A stretch of DNA of 64,000 bases from NCBI RefSeq assembly GCF_001194135.2, contig NC_068998.1, forward strand, positions 27,011,568-27,075,567, given 5' to 3'. Made by a program: the position numbers and the translations under genes. The notes below the pieces were generated by a model. That model was not told where the DNA came from and did not search any database. It saw only the letters and a list, made by a program, of their open reading frames with translations. Below are positions 34,560 to 48,731 of the stretch, piece by piece. This DNA is from Octopus bimaculoides. Its lineage: Eukaryota. How positions within the stretch are numbered: the first letter of the stretch is position 1; every line of letters starts with the position of its first letter.

Positions 34560-37500
34560 TACATCTCAGTAGGTATGAGAGATTAAACGAGCTAATTCAA
34601 GAAGAAACAACTAGACATGCCGTGATGCAGGTGCAATAGTATATGTACACTACCGTGGAGATCAAACCAAAATTAAGAACAAATTGGCAAGAAGAAATAC
34701 ATTTAAGCAGTAGAGAAACAGAAAGTGAGCTCCAATTAAATTAATGTTTTCTCTCTTGATGTATAACAATTATGGCACCATAATAAGGACTAATTTACAA
34801 ATGCATTGACATAAAACCATTTTAGTCATTGCACTTTTTTCTTTTCTCGAGTGGGCTCCAAATAATAATAAAATGGTTTGCAATTTATCATCTTAGTGTG
34901 TTATCATCTTAGTATGTTATTAAGAAGATTATATGGGGTCTTGGGTTCAATCCCACTGCAGGTACCTTGGGCAAGTATCTTCTACTATAGCCTTGGGTCA
35001 ACCAAAGGCTTATGAATGGATTTGGTAGACGGAAACTAAAAGAAGCTTGTCGTGTATATAGGTGTTTGTGCTTGTCTTTGTGTTTGCGCTTGGAATACCA
35101 TATACAGGATCAAATGCTTCAAAATCGGTCTCCTTCGAAATAATTCACTCATTCCTCAACATCTTGCAAGCCAATCTTTCTAGCATCAGTTTGCAGTTGA
35201 TATTTGCTTAGATGCAATTTGAGAGATTGTGCTAGATTTGAATAAAAAAAAGAGCTAAGGACAAACTTTTATATGCATTTGGTTCTTCAATTTTATTAGT
35301 AGCTCTCAGTAGATGCTTGAATGCTGACGGAGTGACAGGACATAGGTTCGGTGGTTTGACCGACCAGAGCTCTTTTGACATTCACATGCAACTCCAAATG
35401 GAAATAAATTAAAGAATTGCTCCTTCTGGGCTAAACATACATTCACAGGCAAGATCTCGCCGCCACGATTTTCCACTTAAAAACTGAAATTATGGATTTG
35501 GTTAGAAAGTGTCAATTATTTGGGCCGATCAGGTATCACATGTATGCAATGGAATGGCAAATATGAGGTCCTGCCATATGATCTTGATAACCATCATGTT
35601 AAACATCTTGATCTGGTTAACAAATAAGTTTCACTCCAGTAAAACTGGCTATATCGTATCAACAGAGCTATCGGGGACCAAATGCAGTTCAATATTGTTA
35701 AAATCCAAATGGTCTTTGGCCCCTATGTTGCCTTCAGCATGAATTGACCTTGTAATGAAGAGAAAAAGTGCACCAAATGGTTTTCAAAGCCATATGTCAA
35801 GGAAGCTTAAAAAGGTGAATCCCTCTTAAGGAAGATCATCAGAGGATGAGTGTTTCCAAATATTAAAGAGCATGAAATTGACAGCAGAGGGATACTTGCT
35901 AACTGCCCGTTCTGGGACAAGAGTTTTGCAATCCAATAAAGTCCAGTAAATATGTTTGAAAATATATCAGGGTCTCTGACGCTACAAGCTTTGCTCTAAC
36001 AGAGAAAAACAGCTCTGGTGAAGTTACTCTATTCCAACAGTGACGACACATCAGCAGCAATGAGGCTTTCTGACACTTTTACGTCTCTTAATCATGACAG
36101 ATGCATTAGCATTTAACAACCTACTGTTAACTTCTAAACTGGCGAACGAGCTTACTTCACTTCGGAGACTCCTACACATCAAATACAATATCCGAGAGAA
36201 ACAACGCTCGCAGCCTTTTTCAAGTTATGTCAGCATGATCTCTTTGCAAAAACTGTTGAAGGCTATCTCCTGATATAAACTTTGACAGTGCCATTGTAAA
36301 AATGTATACTGTATACGCCAGTCAACATGAATGTTTCTTGTTACGACTTCTAATTGAAGTGCGAGGTTTAAACTTGATTTCAAGATCTTCGAACAAAAAA
36401 TTGCGACATCTGCACTACCTCCATGCTCTAAACTTGGATTACTAGAGAATGATGACAAGTAGGATAAAACCTTTTCAGCAGCATCTATATCTCAAACAGC
36501 TTAGATTATTAGGACTCTTTTCACTATAACATTAAAATGCGGTAATCCATCCAGTCCACTTCAACTTTGTCTCAAGAATCGCAAAAACCGCGCTGAAGAT
36601 TTCAAGCTTCAATCTCAACAAGTGTACCCCGGCATAGAAATAGAATTCACGGATGAAATCCGTTACGAAGTCCTTAATGGGATTGAAAAGAAGCTCAGGG
36701 ACATATTTGGTGAAGAACTTCAAGCATATGGCTTCCCCCTGTTTTATCACACTGTAGTCAAAATCCTGTCAGTATAAATTTTGAGAAGACATCATATAAC
36801 AGCATATATCAATGACAATCAACACAACGTTAAGCAAAGGGTAGTCTATTCTGCTCTTTTTGACATGGTCCAGGAGCATAAAGGTGGAATTTGCTTTCTT
36901 GACGCTACTGGAGATATCAGAAAGGTATTCCTACTCAATCCGTCAAAATAAAAGCAGAACTATTACTGTTACTTCTTCAGATATTGTTTCCAAACTCCCA
37001 GATATTGTTTCCAAACTCCCAGATATTGTTTCCGAACTCCCATACAACACAATATCCTCAGATATTGTTTCCAAACTCCCATACAACACTTTCTGGGATT
37101 GAACACAATTGATGCATCTGTTTTTAACATTGCCAACTCGACAACTCCAGGATGAAGGCACAACGACTCACAAGAGTGCTCGGGGNNNNNNNNNNNNNNN
37201 NNNNNNNNNNNNNNNNNNNNNNNNNNNNNNNNNNNNNNNNNNNNNNNNNNNNNNNNNNNNNNNNNNNNNNNNNGACTTGCGTGGAATTACAGCTGAAATT
37301 GACAAAGAAGTAATGGTATTGTCAGAGACTTCCGTCAGATCCTGTCAGTAACTCCAAAAGGAACACAAGTGAATAAAATCCGTTTTTCACCATCATTTTG
37401 GAGCAAAGTTAAATTTTTCAAACTGGCTACAAAGATGTGTGTCCGTCTTTTTGGAGATCGGTTGTCTTGTCAGTTTGCCAAAGATTTGTTACAAGTTGGA

Positions 37501-38240
37501 GAGGGAATATTTTCTTCCGACAGTAATGGTGCCATGGAGCCAGTTCTTATGAGCACAATGGTTAAGGCAACAGAAATTCTGATGTTCCCCTACTTGCAGC
37601 ATCATTACCTTACCTACGAGTAACTATATGAATGAGCAATATTTGCACCTAAAAATGTCACCATTAACACCATCATCTGGCAGTTACGGCGAGCTCTTCC
37701 AGAAATTACTCATTGCTACAATTCAAAGACACAACTGCGGATCAGGACAAGACAGTCCACTGTCTTATAGAATTTTAAATTCCTTGGAGCCACAAGGCTT
37801 ACCACTACATGGGCCTCAACTTAAAACAGGCTCACCAGTAATGCTGCTGCGTTATTTTGGTTGCCCTTGGCTATACAATAACACATGATTACAGGTTAAA
37901 AAGTTTATACCACACGTCATTGAGGCCGCCGCTATTTTTATTGGGTGCATCAATGGATTTGATGCTACAATACCAGAATTCCATTCATTCCAACAGTTTT
38001 CCCCTTTCCATTTAGAAAACTTCATTTTCCGGTACACCTAAGCTTTGCTATGTTGAGCAATAACTAACTCTCAAGGTCAAACACTGAGAGTTACTGGAGG
38101 GCATCTTGAAGAATTCTGATTTGCTTATGACTGATTTTATGACAGATATTCAAGAGTTAGAAGCCCATAAAATCTATTTAATTATTTATCCCCCTAAGGA
38201 TAACACAAAAGACATTGTGAATCATGAGGTGTTGACATGA
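34560..38240 (+). mobile_element. Near-complete but decayed Helitron RepHel
   Basis: HQFAVD; TFTCNSKW (Rep motif 1, 35378-35401); MEWQI*G (motif 2 region); GGICFLDATG (helicase motif I); FAKDLLQVGEG; LNSLEPQGLPLHGPQLKTGSPVMLLR; FP..SFAM..NSQGQTL. SINE inserted at 34915-35060. Confidence 0.88.
34915..35060 (+). mobile_element. Octopus-type SINE 5' half
   Basis: GGGTTCAATCCCACTGC..CCTTGGGCAAGTATCTTCTACTATAGCC..GGATTTGGTAGACGGAAACT. Confidence 0.85.
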
Positions 38241-38359
38241 CAGTGTTATAAATCTCAATCTTACCTTCACATATTATAAGACTGGTTTTATTTCAATAGA
38301 TGATTTACATCATGATGCTCTGATATCTTCTCATTTCTAAAATTATTTCAAGAATTACT

Positions 38360-38510
38360 TAGCGGTTCAACTAAAGAGACTAATAGAACAAGTACTAGGT
38401 TTTTTTTTTTAAATAAGTACAGGGGTCGATTTATTTGACTAAAAGTCCTTCAATGCAATGCCTCAGCATTGCTGCAGTCTAATGACTAAAGACATGTATA
38501 AGATAAAAAG
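38360..38510 (+). mobile_element. Octopus-type SINE 3' half
   Basis: AATAGAACAAGTACTAGG..GGGGTCGATT..GCAGTCTAATGACTAAAGACA; related to the reverse complement of 950-1200. Confidence 0.65.
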
Positions 38511-38582
38511 ATAAACTTACAAATTTCAAGCATATAAAACAAAATGTTACTTTCAATAATAGTTTTAAATTACATATTCTCA

Positions 38583-38875
38583 GGCTCCAGCCTTGCGGCA
38601 TCTGCCGCAAACCACGGTTTCACTGCCTGTGATGCAGAGGAGACAAAAATCAATAATTACATGAACCTGGCCGGCCGCTATCAGTTTGTGCCTATCACCG
38701 TCGAGACGTCAGATGTTCTAGAACCCCGTACTACCGATTTCCTCTACAAAATAAGGATAACAGTGGCCCGTCGAAGAAATGAGCTCCATGAGGTGGAGTG
38801 GATACTGTAGCGAGAGTCGCTGACTATTCTCCGCGGCAACGTCATAGCAGTCATTACCGCGGGGCACAGATGAGC
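38583..38875 (+). mobile_element. CRE-like (RLE) non-LTR retrotransposon 3' fragment
   Basis: AEETKINNYMNLAGRYQFVPITVETSDVLEPRTTDFL..EVEWIL*RESLTILRGNV resembles the FVP.AVET.G..G and QR.S.AI.RGNA ending of CRE-type elements. Confidence 0.7.
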
Positions 38876-39276
38876 ACCCCTCTTGTTCTTTTTTTCTTCC
38901 TCATTTCTTTTCTGCTATTATTATTATTATTATTATTATTAGTAGTAGTAGTAGTAGTAGTAGTAGTAGCAGTAGTAGTAGTAGTAAATTAATTAAAACA
39001 GTTTTCACTTTTATTTCACCCTGTATTTTTATTGCACATGGATTGGGCAGATGACATTTATAGAATTAGATTATGAAATATAGTTTTCATATTCGTTACA
39101 CACTGGACGACTCTGATAAACGTAGAGGAAAAACATATATTTTCTAACATGGAAATGAATTTTCGTGAGAAATCAAATAATGCTTTATTAAACCGGATAT
39201 ACCTTCATTAAGAACAACTTTGAGTTATTTATGCTTACTTTTCATTTTGGGCAACGCCTCGTATTCNNNNNNNNNN

Positions 39277-39319
<43 letters not shown>

Positions 39320-39482
39320 TATATGTTTGCTTGTGTTAGTGTATGAGTGAATGCCTGTGTGTATGTGTTTATACGAATACAGAGTGTGTATTACCAAATG
39401 AATTGATAATGAAAATACATATATACATGAACTAATAATGAAGACACACACACTCACACACACGCACACACACACACACACA

Positions 39483-39514
<32 letters not shown>

Positions 39515-39679
39515 TACACACATACACGCGCGCGCGCGCACGTGCACAAACAGAATACTTGCGTTGAATATGAATTACTCAATGTTGATCTTAATGTATG
39601 TTTGTGTTTGTGCATATGTATGTCCATCTCTATTATCATATGAATCGATAATGAAGATCGTAACATTATTGAAAGTTCA

Positions 39680-40990
39680 CGCGATTTGCTATTTGTTGAA
39701 TTTTAGCCGTCCTTTACAAAACACTCCCTATAATTCCTTAGAGTATGGCATTATTCTTACCTTTATCAGTGAAGCTGATATGAAAGCCATAACGCAGGCC
39801 TTAAAGTTTCTGTATTTGTTTGATAATATCCCCTGGGTAAAGGAGAAAGGCGAACCGTTGTTTGATGTCTTGACTGGTAGTTTGACGAAGCTGAGTTAAT
39901 AGGCTCGTACATTCTATACATGCTTCAAACAAATGTAACGCTTTAGATACAGGTTTATACTTCCTAATATGAACGGCAACTGTCTAGACAGATTTTAAAA
40001 GATTGAAAGAAACTTTCAAAGCATTTCATTGAAAGATAACTATCAGAATTAACATAACTGTGGTAAACTTTCTACTTATAAACTTTAGACTCCAAGACTG
40101 ACAAGTACCATATATATGAAAATTTAATGAAAAATTACATTAATATGCATTCTAACAACGACACAAAAGTCATAAAGCTTCACTCAGAAAGATTAACAGA
40201 CGTCTCACAAAGACACCTTCAGGCGAGGTATCATTTAATAGTGTTACAGACTACTAGTTCAGGAGTTCTTCGCCTAACCCCATTGTGTTATTACCTTCAC
40301 TGTTGAAATACACGTGATGCAATACTTTCTCTTTCTGTTGCTCAGTAGGTTGTCTAAGTGATACAGTTTGGCATTAAAGACCAGAGAGTGATCTTATGCC
40401 TCTACCTTTTTCCTCCGCTTAAAATTGGCCAAACCAATGTCATTTGTAAATATGGAAGCTACCCGTTGTTGTTTGTACCTACTAGTCTTGATGTCAAAGT
40501 TATAGATTTCTTCTAGAGTCCAGTCTAATGTGCCAAATGTTAGTAGTAGCACTGTCACTACGAAAGTGTTGCGGGATGTGGTTTTATGGAATGCAGGTGG
40601 TTCTGTCTTTCATACTTTCCAAATTCTGCTGAAATAGTATTTTGTTATTAACTTTACTCACAGCACCAACTTATGCAATTTTCTCATTGATTCTGAGATA
40701 TTTTGGGCATAAATGTGAGGAAGATAGATCAGGTGGCTGGTAAATATATTCATGTCTGGTCGGAAATATTTTTTATTTAACTACCAAATATGAACACTTA
40801 TTCTAACCAATGGCAAAGCCTTTCATGCAGCAAATTATCATTTGTGGGTTTCATACAAAAACTGCGACTGAAGACCCTACGTTCTAAAAGTTTCTTATGA
40901 TGACTCAGTTTTTCACTTGGCGCTCGTAGTTCGTGTTTAACGGGCAATTAGCTTATCCGTTGGTACCTCGTCCCCAGTTTTCGTAGACCT
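39680..40990 (+). mobile_element. Degenerate Penelope-like element
   Basis: FLYLFDNIPWVKEKGEPLFDVLTGS..AELIGSYILYML (PLE RT, FDVTMGS.DGAE motif), with further RT remnants to ~40210. The right boundary is uncertain. Confidence 0.75.
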
Positions 40991-41469
40991 TAGATAATCA
41001 CTCATAAAGTGGCAGCTGGTGGTTCGTGAATTTATTATTCATTCGACACTTGATGATAACATCTTATTGTTCAATATTATTTGAGTCTGCCGGCTTGTGC
41101 ATATATGCTCCATGCTCTTGGATACAGCCTTACACCGAGGTAGTTGAAATTTTACACAGAGGCACAAATTTTCATAGAGAAGTATTAAGCTGTATGAAAA
41201 TTTAAAACTACTTAAGTTTATCAATAATATAGGGAAATGTTTCTTGCTTATTTTTGTTTTGTTTTGTTTTTGCTTTTCTGCAATGAAGAAGGAAAAGTGA
41301 CAGTGTACACAGTTATATGATGGGCGAAAAAAAACAATTACAAACAACAGTATTCTTTACTGATATCTGCTGTCGATATGTGTATGTACATATAGGAAAT
41401 TATTATTTTTAATGAGGAACGTGTATTTCCAATGTGTAAAACTTGATTTTCTAAACTAAAATCTTAACC

Positions 41470-41600
41470 TTTTCTACTTAAGGCATAAGGCCCGAAATTT
41501 TTAGGGATGTTGACAGTCGATTAGATCGACCCCAGTACACAGCTGATATTTAATTTATGGGCCCCGAAAGGAAGAAAGGCAAAATCGGCCTCGGCGGCTT
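41470..41600 (-). mobile_element. Octopus-type SINE 3' fragment
   Basis: AGGCATAAGGCCCGAAATTTT..GTCGATTAGATCGACCCCAGT..GAAAGGCAAAATCGGCCTCGGCGG. Confidence 0.8.
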
Positions 41601-42279
41601 AAATGAGAATAACAGATATTTCAACTTTAATAAGAGTCAGTGACAGATGTCAAAGTCTATGTGGGTTGCAATTAGAAGAACACGTATTTTCTCATAGACA
41701 ACTCTCAGTTGAAAGTTCAGAGGCTTTTTTCAACACAGTAGATGCGGGAAAAAAACTGTTTCCTCCATGAAACTCTTTACTGCTAATGGTTGGTATGTGT
41801 TTTGCCACAAGTCAATATTGTGAAAATATAAATATTTTATTAATAATATAATGTTCAATAATTAAATGGTATTTTAAACAATATTTGCATATTTATGAGG
41901 GGGAAGCAGCCATTTTTATTTGCTATACTTATTATAATAAGTGTTTATGGCTCAACAGTTAGAAATACAACTTTTAGCGTATGACCGAAATCATTTTTAG
42001 TCCAGCTTTCTTCAAAGGGTCGAACGATAAAAAGCTTATAAGATCACTGAAACAGAAGATCATTTGAAAAGGCTGGTAATGATTCGCAAAAGAAATGCTA
42101 CAGTAGGGGAATATGAAACCAAATACCAAAGACAAGTCTTCTCGAATGGATGAAGCTAAGTAATCAAACAAGAGAAAAATAAAAAGGAGAAAGAGGGTAT
42201 TATCTTCAAGAAGTCAGCACCCAAAATCAAACATTTAAAAGGGGGAAATGGCCAGTTAAAGGAGAACAGCACTTAATTA

Positions 42280-43090
42280 TAAAGCATAGGTTATTAATAT
42301 GATTCAGTTGTTTCTATGTGCTTTGTGGAGTGAAAAAGTAGAAAGAAGTTTTATATATATACTGTCTAACTGGGAGGGTAAAATGACAACCCATATCAAT
42401 AACCCCAAAGCCACAAGCCAGTTGTTTAAAGGAAGTACAACAGAATCAAATGACTTCCTTTCTAAGGCAAAAGATAAGATATTTGATGCTAAATGACTTC
42501 TTTTGAAGTAACAGGATATGATAAAGGAAAATGGGTGGCTACATTCAAAATATAAACGCAATTTTATCCATAGGCAAGATCAATTTATCCTTCCAATTCC
42601 AAATCGTGATATACTCACAAACGGGGATAAATCAATGCTAATGGCAACATTCCAGATGATTTTGAGGAACTTGTCTTTGACATTCAGGTAATGATGCAAT
42701 ACAATGATTATGTGAAGAAATTTAAAACTACTCTTGAAAATAAGGATAAAACGGATATGGACGTTATCATATATACATATATACAAAATGCCCTCTTGGG
42801 AACATGAACGTCGTTTTAATACTCTCATTTACTATGTGGATGTCATTTTAATTGTTACATAAGAGTTTCAAGAAGAGACGTAATTCTTTAGAAATGTGAC
42901 CAATCTTTCATCGGAATATCAGAAGCACACTGTTCATATGATCGATGGGAATACCTTCTTATGTTTTGTTTGAATGTATTGCGGTTAAGTTGGTGGGGTC
43001 TTTGATTAACAGTATCAAAGCTATTGATGTACCAGAGCAGGCTCATGTACTTGAGAAAAGAGCCAAGAAGTTTTGTATAAAACTTCGTCA
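42280..43090 (+). mobile_element. Helitron N-terminal region remnant
   Basis: ALWSEK; TESNDFLSK; MTSFE; NDYVKKFKT; EHERRFNT; ISEAHCSYDRWEYLLMF: the order of conserved pre-Rep Helitron motifs. Confidence 0.7.
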
Positions 43091-44552
43091 AAGCTAGAGA
43101 AATATATAATTGTGGGCTTCAGATCAACTTCTTTAAACGCCTCTTAAAAAGTAGTGTCACCCCTAAGAGGATCATAAACCTTCACTAATCCAAATGTTTA
43201 GCTCTCCTGGATTTCAAAATGCCCTGACTTTCATACACAATATATGCATCAAGAAACTCCTGTGGTATCTTTATAAATTATTCACCAATACATCAGATAA
43301 CTTCCAGAATGGATATCATAAAAGCGGACATCCAAACTAGATAACCTCTCTTGTAATAGGGAATTTACTTTCATTTCCACTCTCACTCCTTCATAATGTT
43401 AATTTTCTCTTACCAGAAGAATTAAATCCAAAGAGTTATCTCTCAGTATCAAATATTCCAGACTAAAGAATGTTTTAGTACATCACCTGACCGATGTCAG
43501 CCAATGAAAATAGATTCTAACCGTTGTTTCTTAAAAACCCACACCAAGTTTCTTTCGTTCGTCTTTTTGTTGCCTGGCTTATCTCAAATTGCATGAAACT
43601 ATCGGTAGACACGAAGAGGATTATAAGCTTCTTCCTGAATAAATGAACTCTGGCATATTTTTTGAGTACTCTGTTATTCGTTTGTACCTCCAAACATCTA
43701 TTTACGTGCGTACCTGTGCGAATCTGCATGCTCTTATATATCTGTATATATTATGTAAGCGTATACAGGCATACATACATACATATATATATATATATGC
43801 GTGTGTGTGTATGTATATATAAATATACATGTATGTGTGTGTGTGTGTGTGTGTGTATATANNNNNNNNNNTATATACATACATACATACATACATATGT
43901 GCATATATATATGAATATATATATGTACATATATGTACATGTATATGTAAATATATATATGTGCATGCATATTTGCATATCTATATAAGCATATGTATAT
44001 AAGCGCACGTGCGCGCACACTCACACACAGAATGATAAATGCCACAATGGCCGATACGTGTCGCTAGCCTAAATCAATTAACTAATGCTTAAACTAATAT
44101 TAGTAGATTGTTGTTTGCCAGACAAATTCCTCTGTGTAGATCCGAGATACACTGCCAATCAAGTAAACCGTCTCTTATAACTTGCCGCAGAAATCAATAA
44201 ATGCTATTGAGATCGGTCCCTTAGAAAGAAGCTGACACTAAATCTAGAAAGCGGACAATTTATTCATATATACTTGGATGTTTGGGTAGGTAGGCAAGTC
44301 AGGACAGACGATAAGAAAATTGAATATCTAATTACTGATCTTACTAATGTAAACTGCAGGCCAGTATCTATTATCATATGTGTTGTTGCTGCTGCTGCTG
44401 TTGCTGTTGTAGCTGTTGTTGTTGTTGTTGTTGTTGTTGCTGTTGTTGTTGCTATTTGCAGTGAACAGACATATTTAATAGAGTTCTGGAGAAAAATTAA
44501 ATTTTACCATGTTTACTTGGAGTGGGGAAATAGAGTTTGTCCTTGAAAAAGA

Positions 44553-44585
<33 letters not shown>

Positions 44586-44949
44586 CAGCAGCAGAAGCAG
44601 CAGCAGAAGCAGCAGCAGCAGCTGTTGCTGCTGCTGTTGCAAGGAGAACGCTTTGACCAGGGACAAGTCAGTGTACTTGAAACTCGGCACTTGGAGAGAC
44701 AATTCCACGCCAGTCATTATCGTGGATCACTGGAGTTATGACCTGTTTTATTTTATTTAGGCTCCAGATAAATAGGAAACTGTGAAGAGAACACGACTCC
44801 AGATCTCCAGATAGATAGGAAACTGTGAAGAGAACACGACTCATCTTATAAGACAATAAACTGAAAGTTCTCCTTGATATATTGAGCAAATATGGCAAGC
44901 AGATCACCTCTGTAATATATTATCAAATGATAAGCGTCCCTTGACCAAG

Positions 44950-46170
44950 CATATATTTGATCTGGTCTTAACTTTTTGCAAAGAGACAAGATTTCCTTGG
45001 TTTGATGGTCCATCTGTTGTCTACGCCTTCTGCGACTGAGTATGGCGGTCAGACTTTTTTCAAGTATCTATAAGCATTCTTGGAAACGTCACGTTGGTTT
45101 GTACTAGAGTATTTTGAACGAAGTTAGAATTGCGTGACGGTTAGCTGATAGGATAGCTTCGAGGACTTGCTCAGATAGTTCCAACTACGTGGCAAGTGCC
45201 AACGAGAATCTTTAAAAATGCCAATGTAAACTTCTAGACCGTATTTAATCAGAGTGTTTGAGAAGTCAGCTGTTAAAGAGTCCAAAATTTGGGTTGGCTT
45301 GCCATGCAGGCTATATTTTTTGTTATCATCACTATCAACGTAGGATATATATCCAGGGCTCCGGTTACCGGAAGTTGGATGCTTCCTCCTAGAAAGCATA
45401 AACAGACGTGATTAGCAAACTAGTGAAGCAGAACCGGGATGATTGCCAACAACCTTCAGAAGAGAACCATGAGAGTAGAATGGACAGGATGTAGCAAAGA
45501 AGTAGCAACGGGAAACAATGAATTAAAGGGACGTTGGTTAATAGATTACATGAAGCAATTAGAAATGGCTTCGAGGATGACGTTATGTTGACGAAAGTGG
45601 TGCTTCATTATTTCTTCGACTCAAAACACGAAGTTTGAGTTATCAGAGCTAAAGTAAGTCCCCTTCGATATGAGGGAACGAAAACTGTGTGATGGCCTCG
45701 AATGGCAGAGGCGTGACGTGAAATCAAATTTACACTTCGGTTTACAACGGACCTCAACAACCACGAACTATTCGATTGCATGCAGATGTGCAGATGGAGC
45801 ACTTATCCTGAGAGTTTGGGGTACTTTTGGATCAGAGTCGTGAGCTTTAATGATTATATTGACAGTCTCTCTTTCGTTCGTATGTGCGGAATTGGTTACC
45901 ATTTATCCATGGCATGTTTGATGCATTTACATTTAGTGGTAACTACCTCAGTTAAGACTTGTATTTATTGGAACCGCGTGTAGAAAATTGTCAAAAATAC
46001 CGACAATAGATTGCCGCTAACACTGAAGAGCTTTTAAAGAGATGAACGAGGAGAAAATACGGAGTTTCTTCATGAGATAATGAAGGCGACACTATGAGAA
46101 GTAGTGCTTAGATGGAAAAACGTACATTTTGGGGTATAGAACTATAGTGAAGGAATGCTTGTCCTTGAGG
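44950..46170 (-). mobile_element. Degenerate R4/Dong-type RT fragment
   Basis: IKAHDSDP; IEGDLL (FQGDSLS-like); ISYVDSDDNKKY..DFSNTLIKYGLE (YVDD..FS.DI.M.FGLDKC-like). 5' flank (TAG)n at 46177-46258. Confidence 0.6.
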
Positions 46171-46190
46171 GAGAAAGTAGTAGTAGCAGC

Positions 46191-46243
<53 letters not shown>

Positions 46244-48329
46244 CAGCAGCAGCAGCAGTCTTTGTTGTTGTTATAGTAGCATATTTCTCTAAGTTGACCT
46301 CAGCTGAGTACAACTTAAGCTGAGTATTACTGAGTTTTAACTTCATATCAGGAATAAAATTTCATGTATAATTACAAAGTTAAAGTTATATTAAATAAAT
46401 TTAGCTTTTGAAATTCAGGTAAATTTTATATAAGCTGTCATTTTCCGACAAATTTACCGACATAAACTACATGGAAGCTCTTAAAAATCTGATGGATAAG
46501 CAAAAGCTAAAAATGTAATTGGTAATCAGCTTAACCGCAGTAATTGTCAGCGGTAGCCATTTTTGTGATTACATATACTCTTCTTTGTGTGTCTGCATGT
46601 ATGTCTATGTGTCTTTGATGTATGTATGTATGTATGTATATGTGTATGCTTTCGATATATGTTTCTATGTGTGTATGTGTGCTGTATTACTGTGATATGA
46701 AAGTGTATTTGATATCTACATTACATATATTTGTATCTATTTCTATGTTATTATATCCACGTGTTATTGTATATACATTTATATATATCATCTGCATATG
46801 TTTGTGTATATGATTGTGTTTCGCCTGTACACTTGTTTATGCGTTGACTTTGATTCGCTACACACCACTCTTATCCTCGATCAATTTTAACAAGTTTATA
46901 TTTAATTTTATTTTGATTTATCTCGAACCTAGAACCCTAAGGTTTATTGCTTACTGAACTAGCTGTATGGCACTGCTGTAATCTAATCTGATTTTATGAA
47001 TTCTATAAGAATTTACTAAGACTTGCTTCTGATGTGTGACAGCAACTGGGTGTTCCTTTAATTTGTCAACTTATATTAATTATTCTCGGCAATATTTAAT
47101 TGCAAATCAGTGTTTCAGAGCAACTTTAGAATAAAACTTTGACAATAAAACCTATTCAGATTAAAAACCACATTTTATCTTGTCACTTGTATTTATTGAA
47201 CAAGAAATTAGATATCTTGGTGTGGTATTTAATTATATATACTACCATTGTGGCAGCATATATTTCTGGTTTGTGTTACATGTAAGCTGATAGCTATTTG
47301 TGTGTTTAAGCAATTAGTAACATATTTGTCATTGAAAGCAGCTGATACTATTGCAGTTTACGTTATAAATGTTGTTAAGATCGATTTTTATAGATCCAGG
47401 ATGTAATTTATTAGTTCTGATATCGAAACCAACAATGACTCTTTCCTTGCTAATAAATGTGAACACAACTTTGGGGGACGGACAACAGATTTTTTAAGAT
47501 TTTGCATAGTTTTTCTATAGTTTTGTACCGCTGGAATAGTAACTTAGCTTCATATAGAGACTAGCACGAAGAATAGTTTCTAGAGTCCATTCAATGCATA
47601 TAAACTTTAAAATTATTACGACTATTTTATAGATAAGACAAATAATACAAGTTCTCTCCTTTCAGCACAAACTTTTGGAGTTTCCTAGGCAAAACTTAAG
47701 ATCTTCGGAAAACTAGGAAACCCGAATAATGTATTGAAATATAACCGATTCAACATTTGCATATTCTGAGGAATAGTGAGAGCACTTGAAGTTACATTTG
47801 ATGAAGAGCAGAATGACGTCGGAGGGAGATGACTTTGAAGAAATGAAGAAAGCGTCTTCCCATGAATGATGAGGATTTTATAAATGTTACAAACATCTAC
47901 ATTTCATTGGTGCGAAACACCAAGAGCGGTATTGGACACACTAGCTGTCCACTTTGTTCCACATGTTATGCTGTACATGCGAGATTTATTATTCGACCTT
48001 CAGCACCCGTTGGCCCAGATATTCGCAGCGTCTCCTATATNNNNNNNNNNNNNNNNNNNNNNNNNNNNNNNNNNNNNNNNNNNNNNNNNNNNNNNNNNNN
48101 NNNNNNNNNNNNNNNNNNNNNNNNNNNNNNNNNNNNNNNNNNNNNNNNNNNNNNNNNNNNNNNNNNNNNNNNNNNNNNNNNNNNNNNNNNNNNNNNNNNN
48201 NNNNNNNNNNNNNNNNNNNNNNNNNNNNNNNNNNNNNNNNNNNNNNNNNNNNNNNNNNNNNNNNNNNNNNNNNNNNNNNNNNNNNNNNNNNNNNNNNNNN
48301 NNNNNNNNNNNNNNNNNNNNNNNNNNNNN

Positions 48330-48391
<62 letters not shown>

Positions 48392-48731
48392 TATCTATTT
48401 CTATCACTGTTTCTCTCTCACCCTCTCTCCCTCTCTCTCTCTCTATCTCTTTCTCTCTTTCTCTTTCTCTCTCCTTTCTCTTTCTCTTTCTAGAATAGCC
48501 TCTGCTCTTCGGTCCTGCCTGGCTGGCCTCATGCCGCCTCCACTCTAGGCTTCCGACGTTTCCATCTCGCATCCTCTCTCAATGTATCCAACAATCCCTC
48601 GCATTATTTACAACATCCTGTCCTTCCTTCCTACAACACCGGCCCTCTGAAATTTTCTCACAGCTCCTGTCTCTCCTTCAGGTAACTTGCAATGTTTCAA
48701 TAGAAAATTTATTGTTATCAGTCTCACCAGT

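Noticed and set aside
36978-37089. Short regular repeats as a possible CRISPR-like array
   Set aside because: The units are contiguous tandem copies without unique spacers, in a eukaryotic Helitron, and no cas-like ORF is present.
39438-39899. 153-aa plus-strand ORF
   Set aside because: It is a (CA)n microsatellite run fused by chance to a Penelope RT fragment.
48540-48600. Minus-strand GAAACGTC, hammerhead/PLE-like
   Set aside because: No CUGANGA box or stem I partner upstream.
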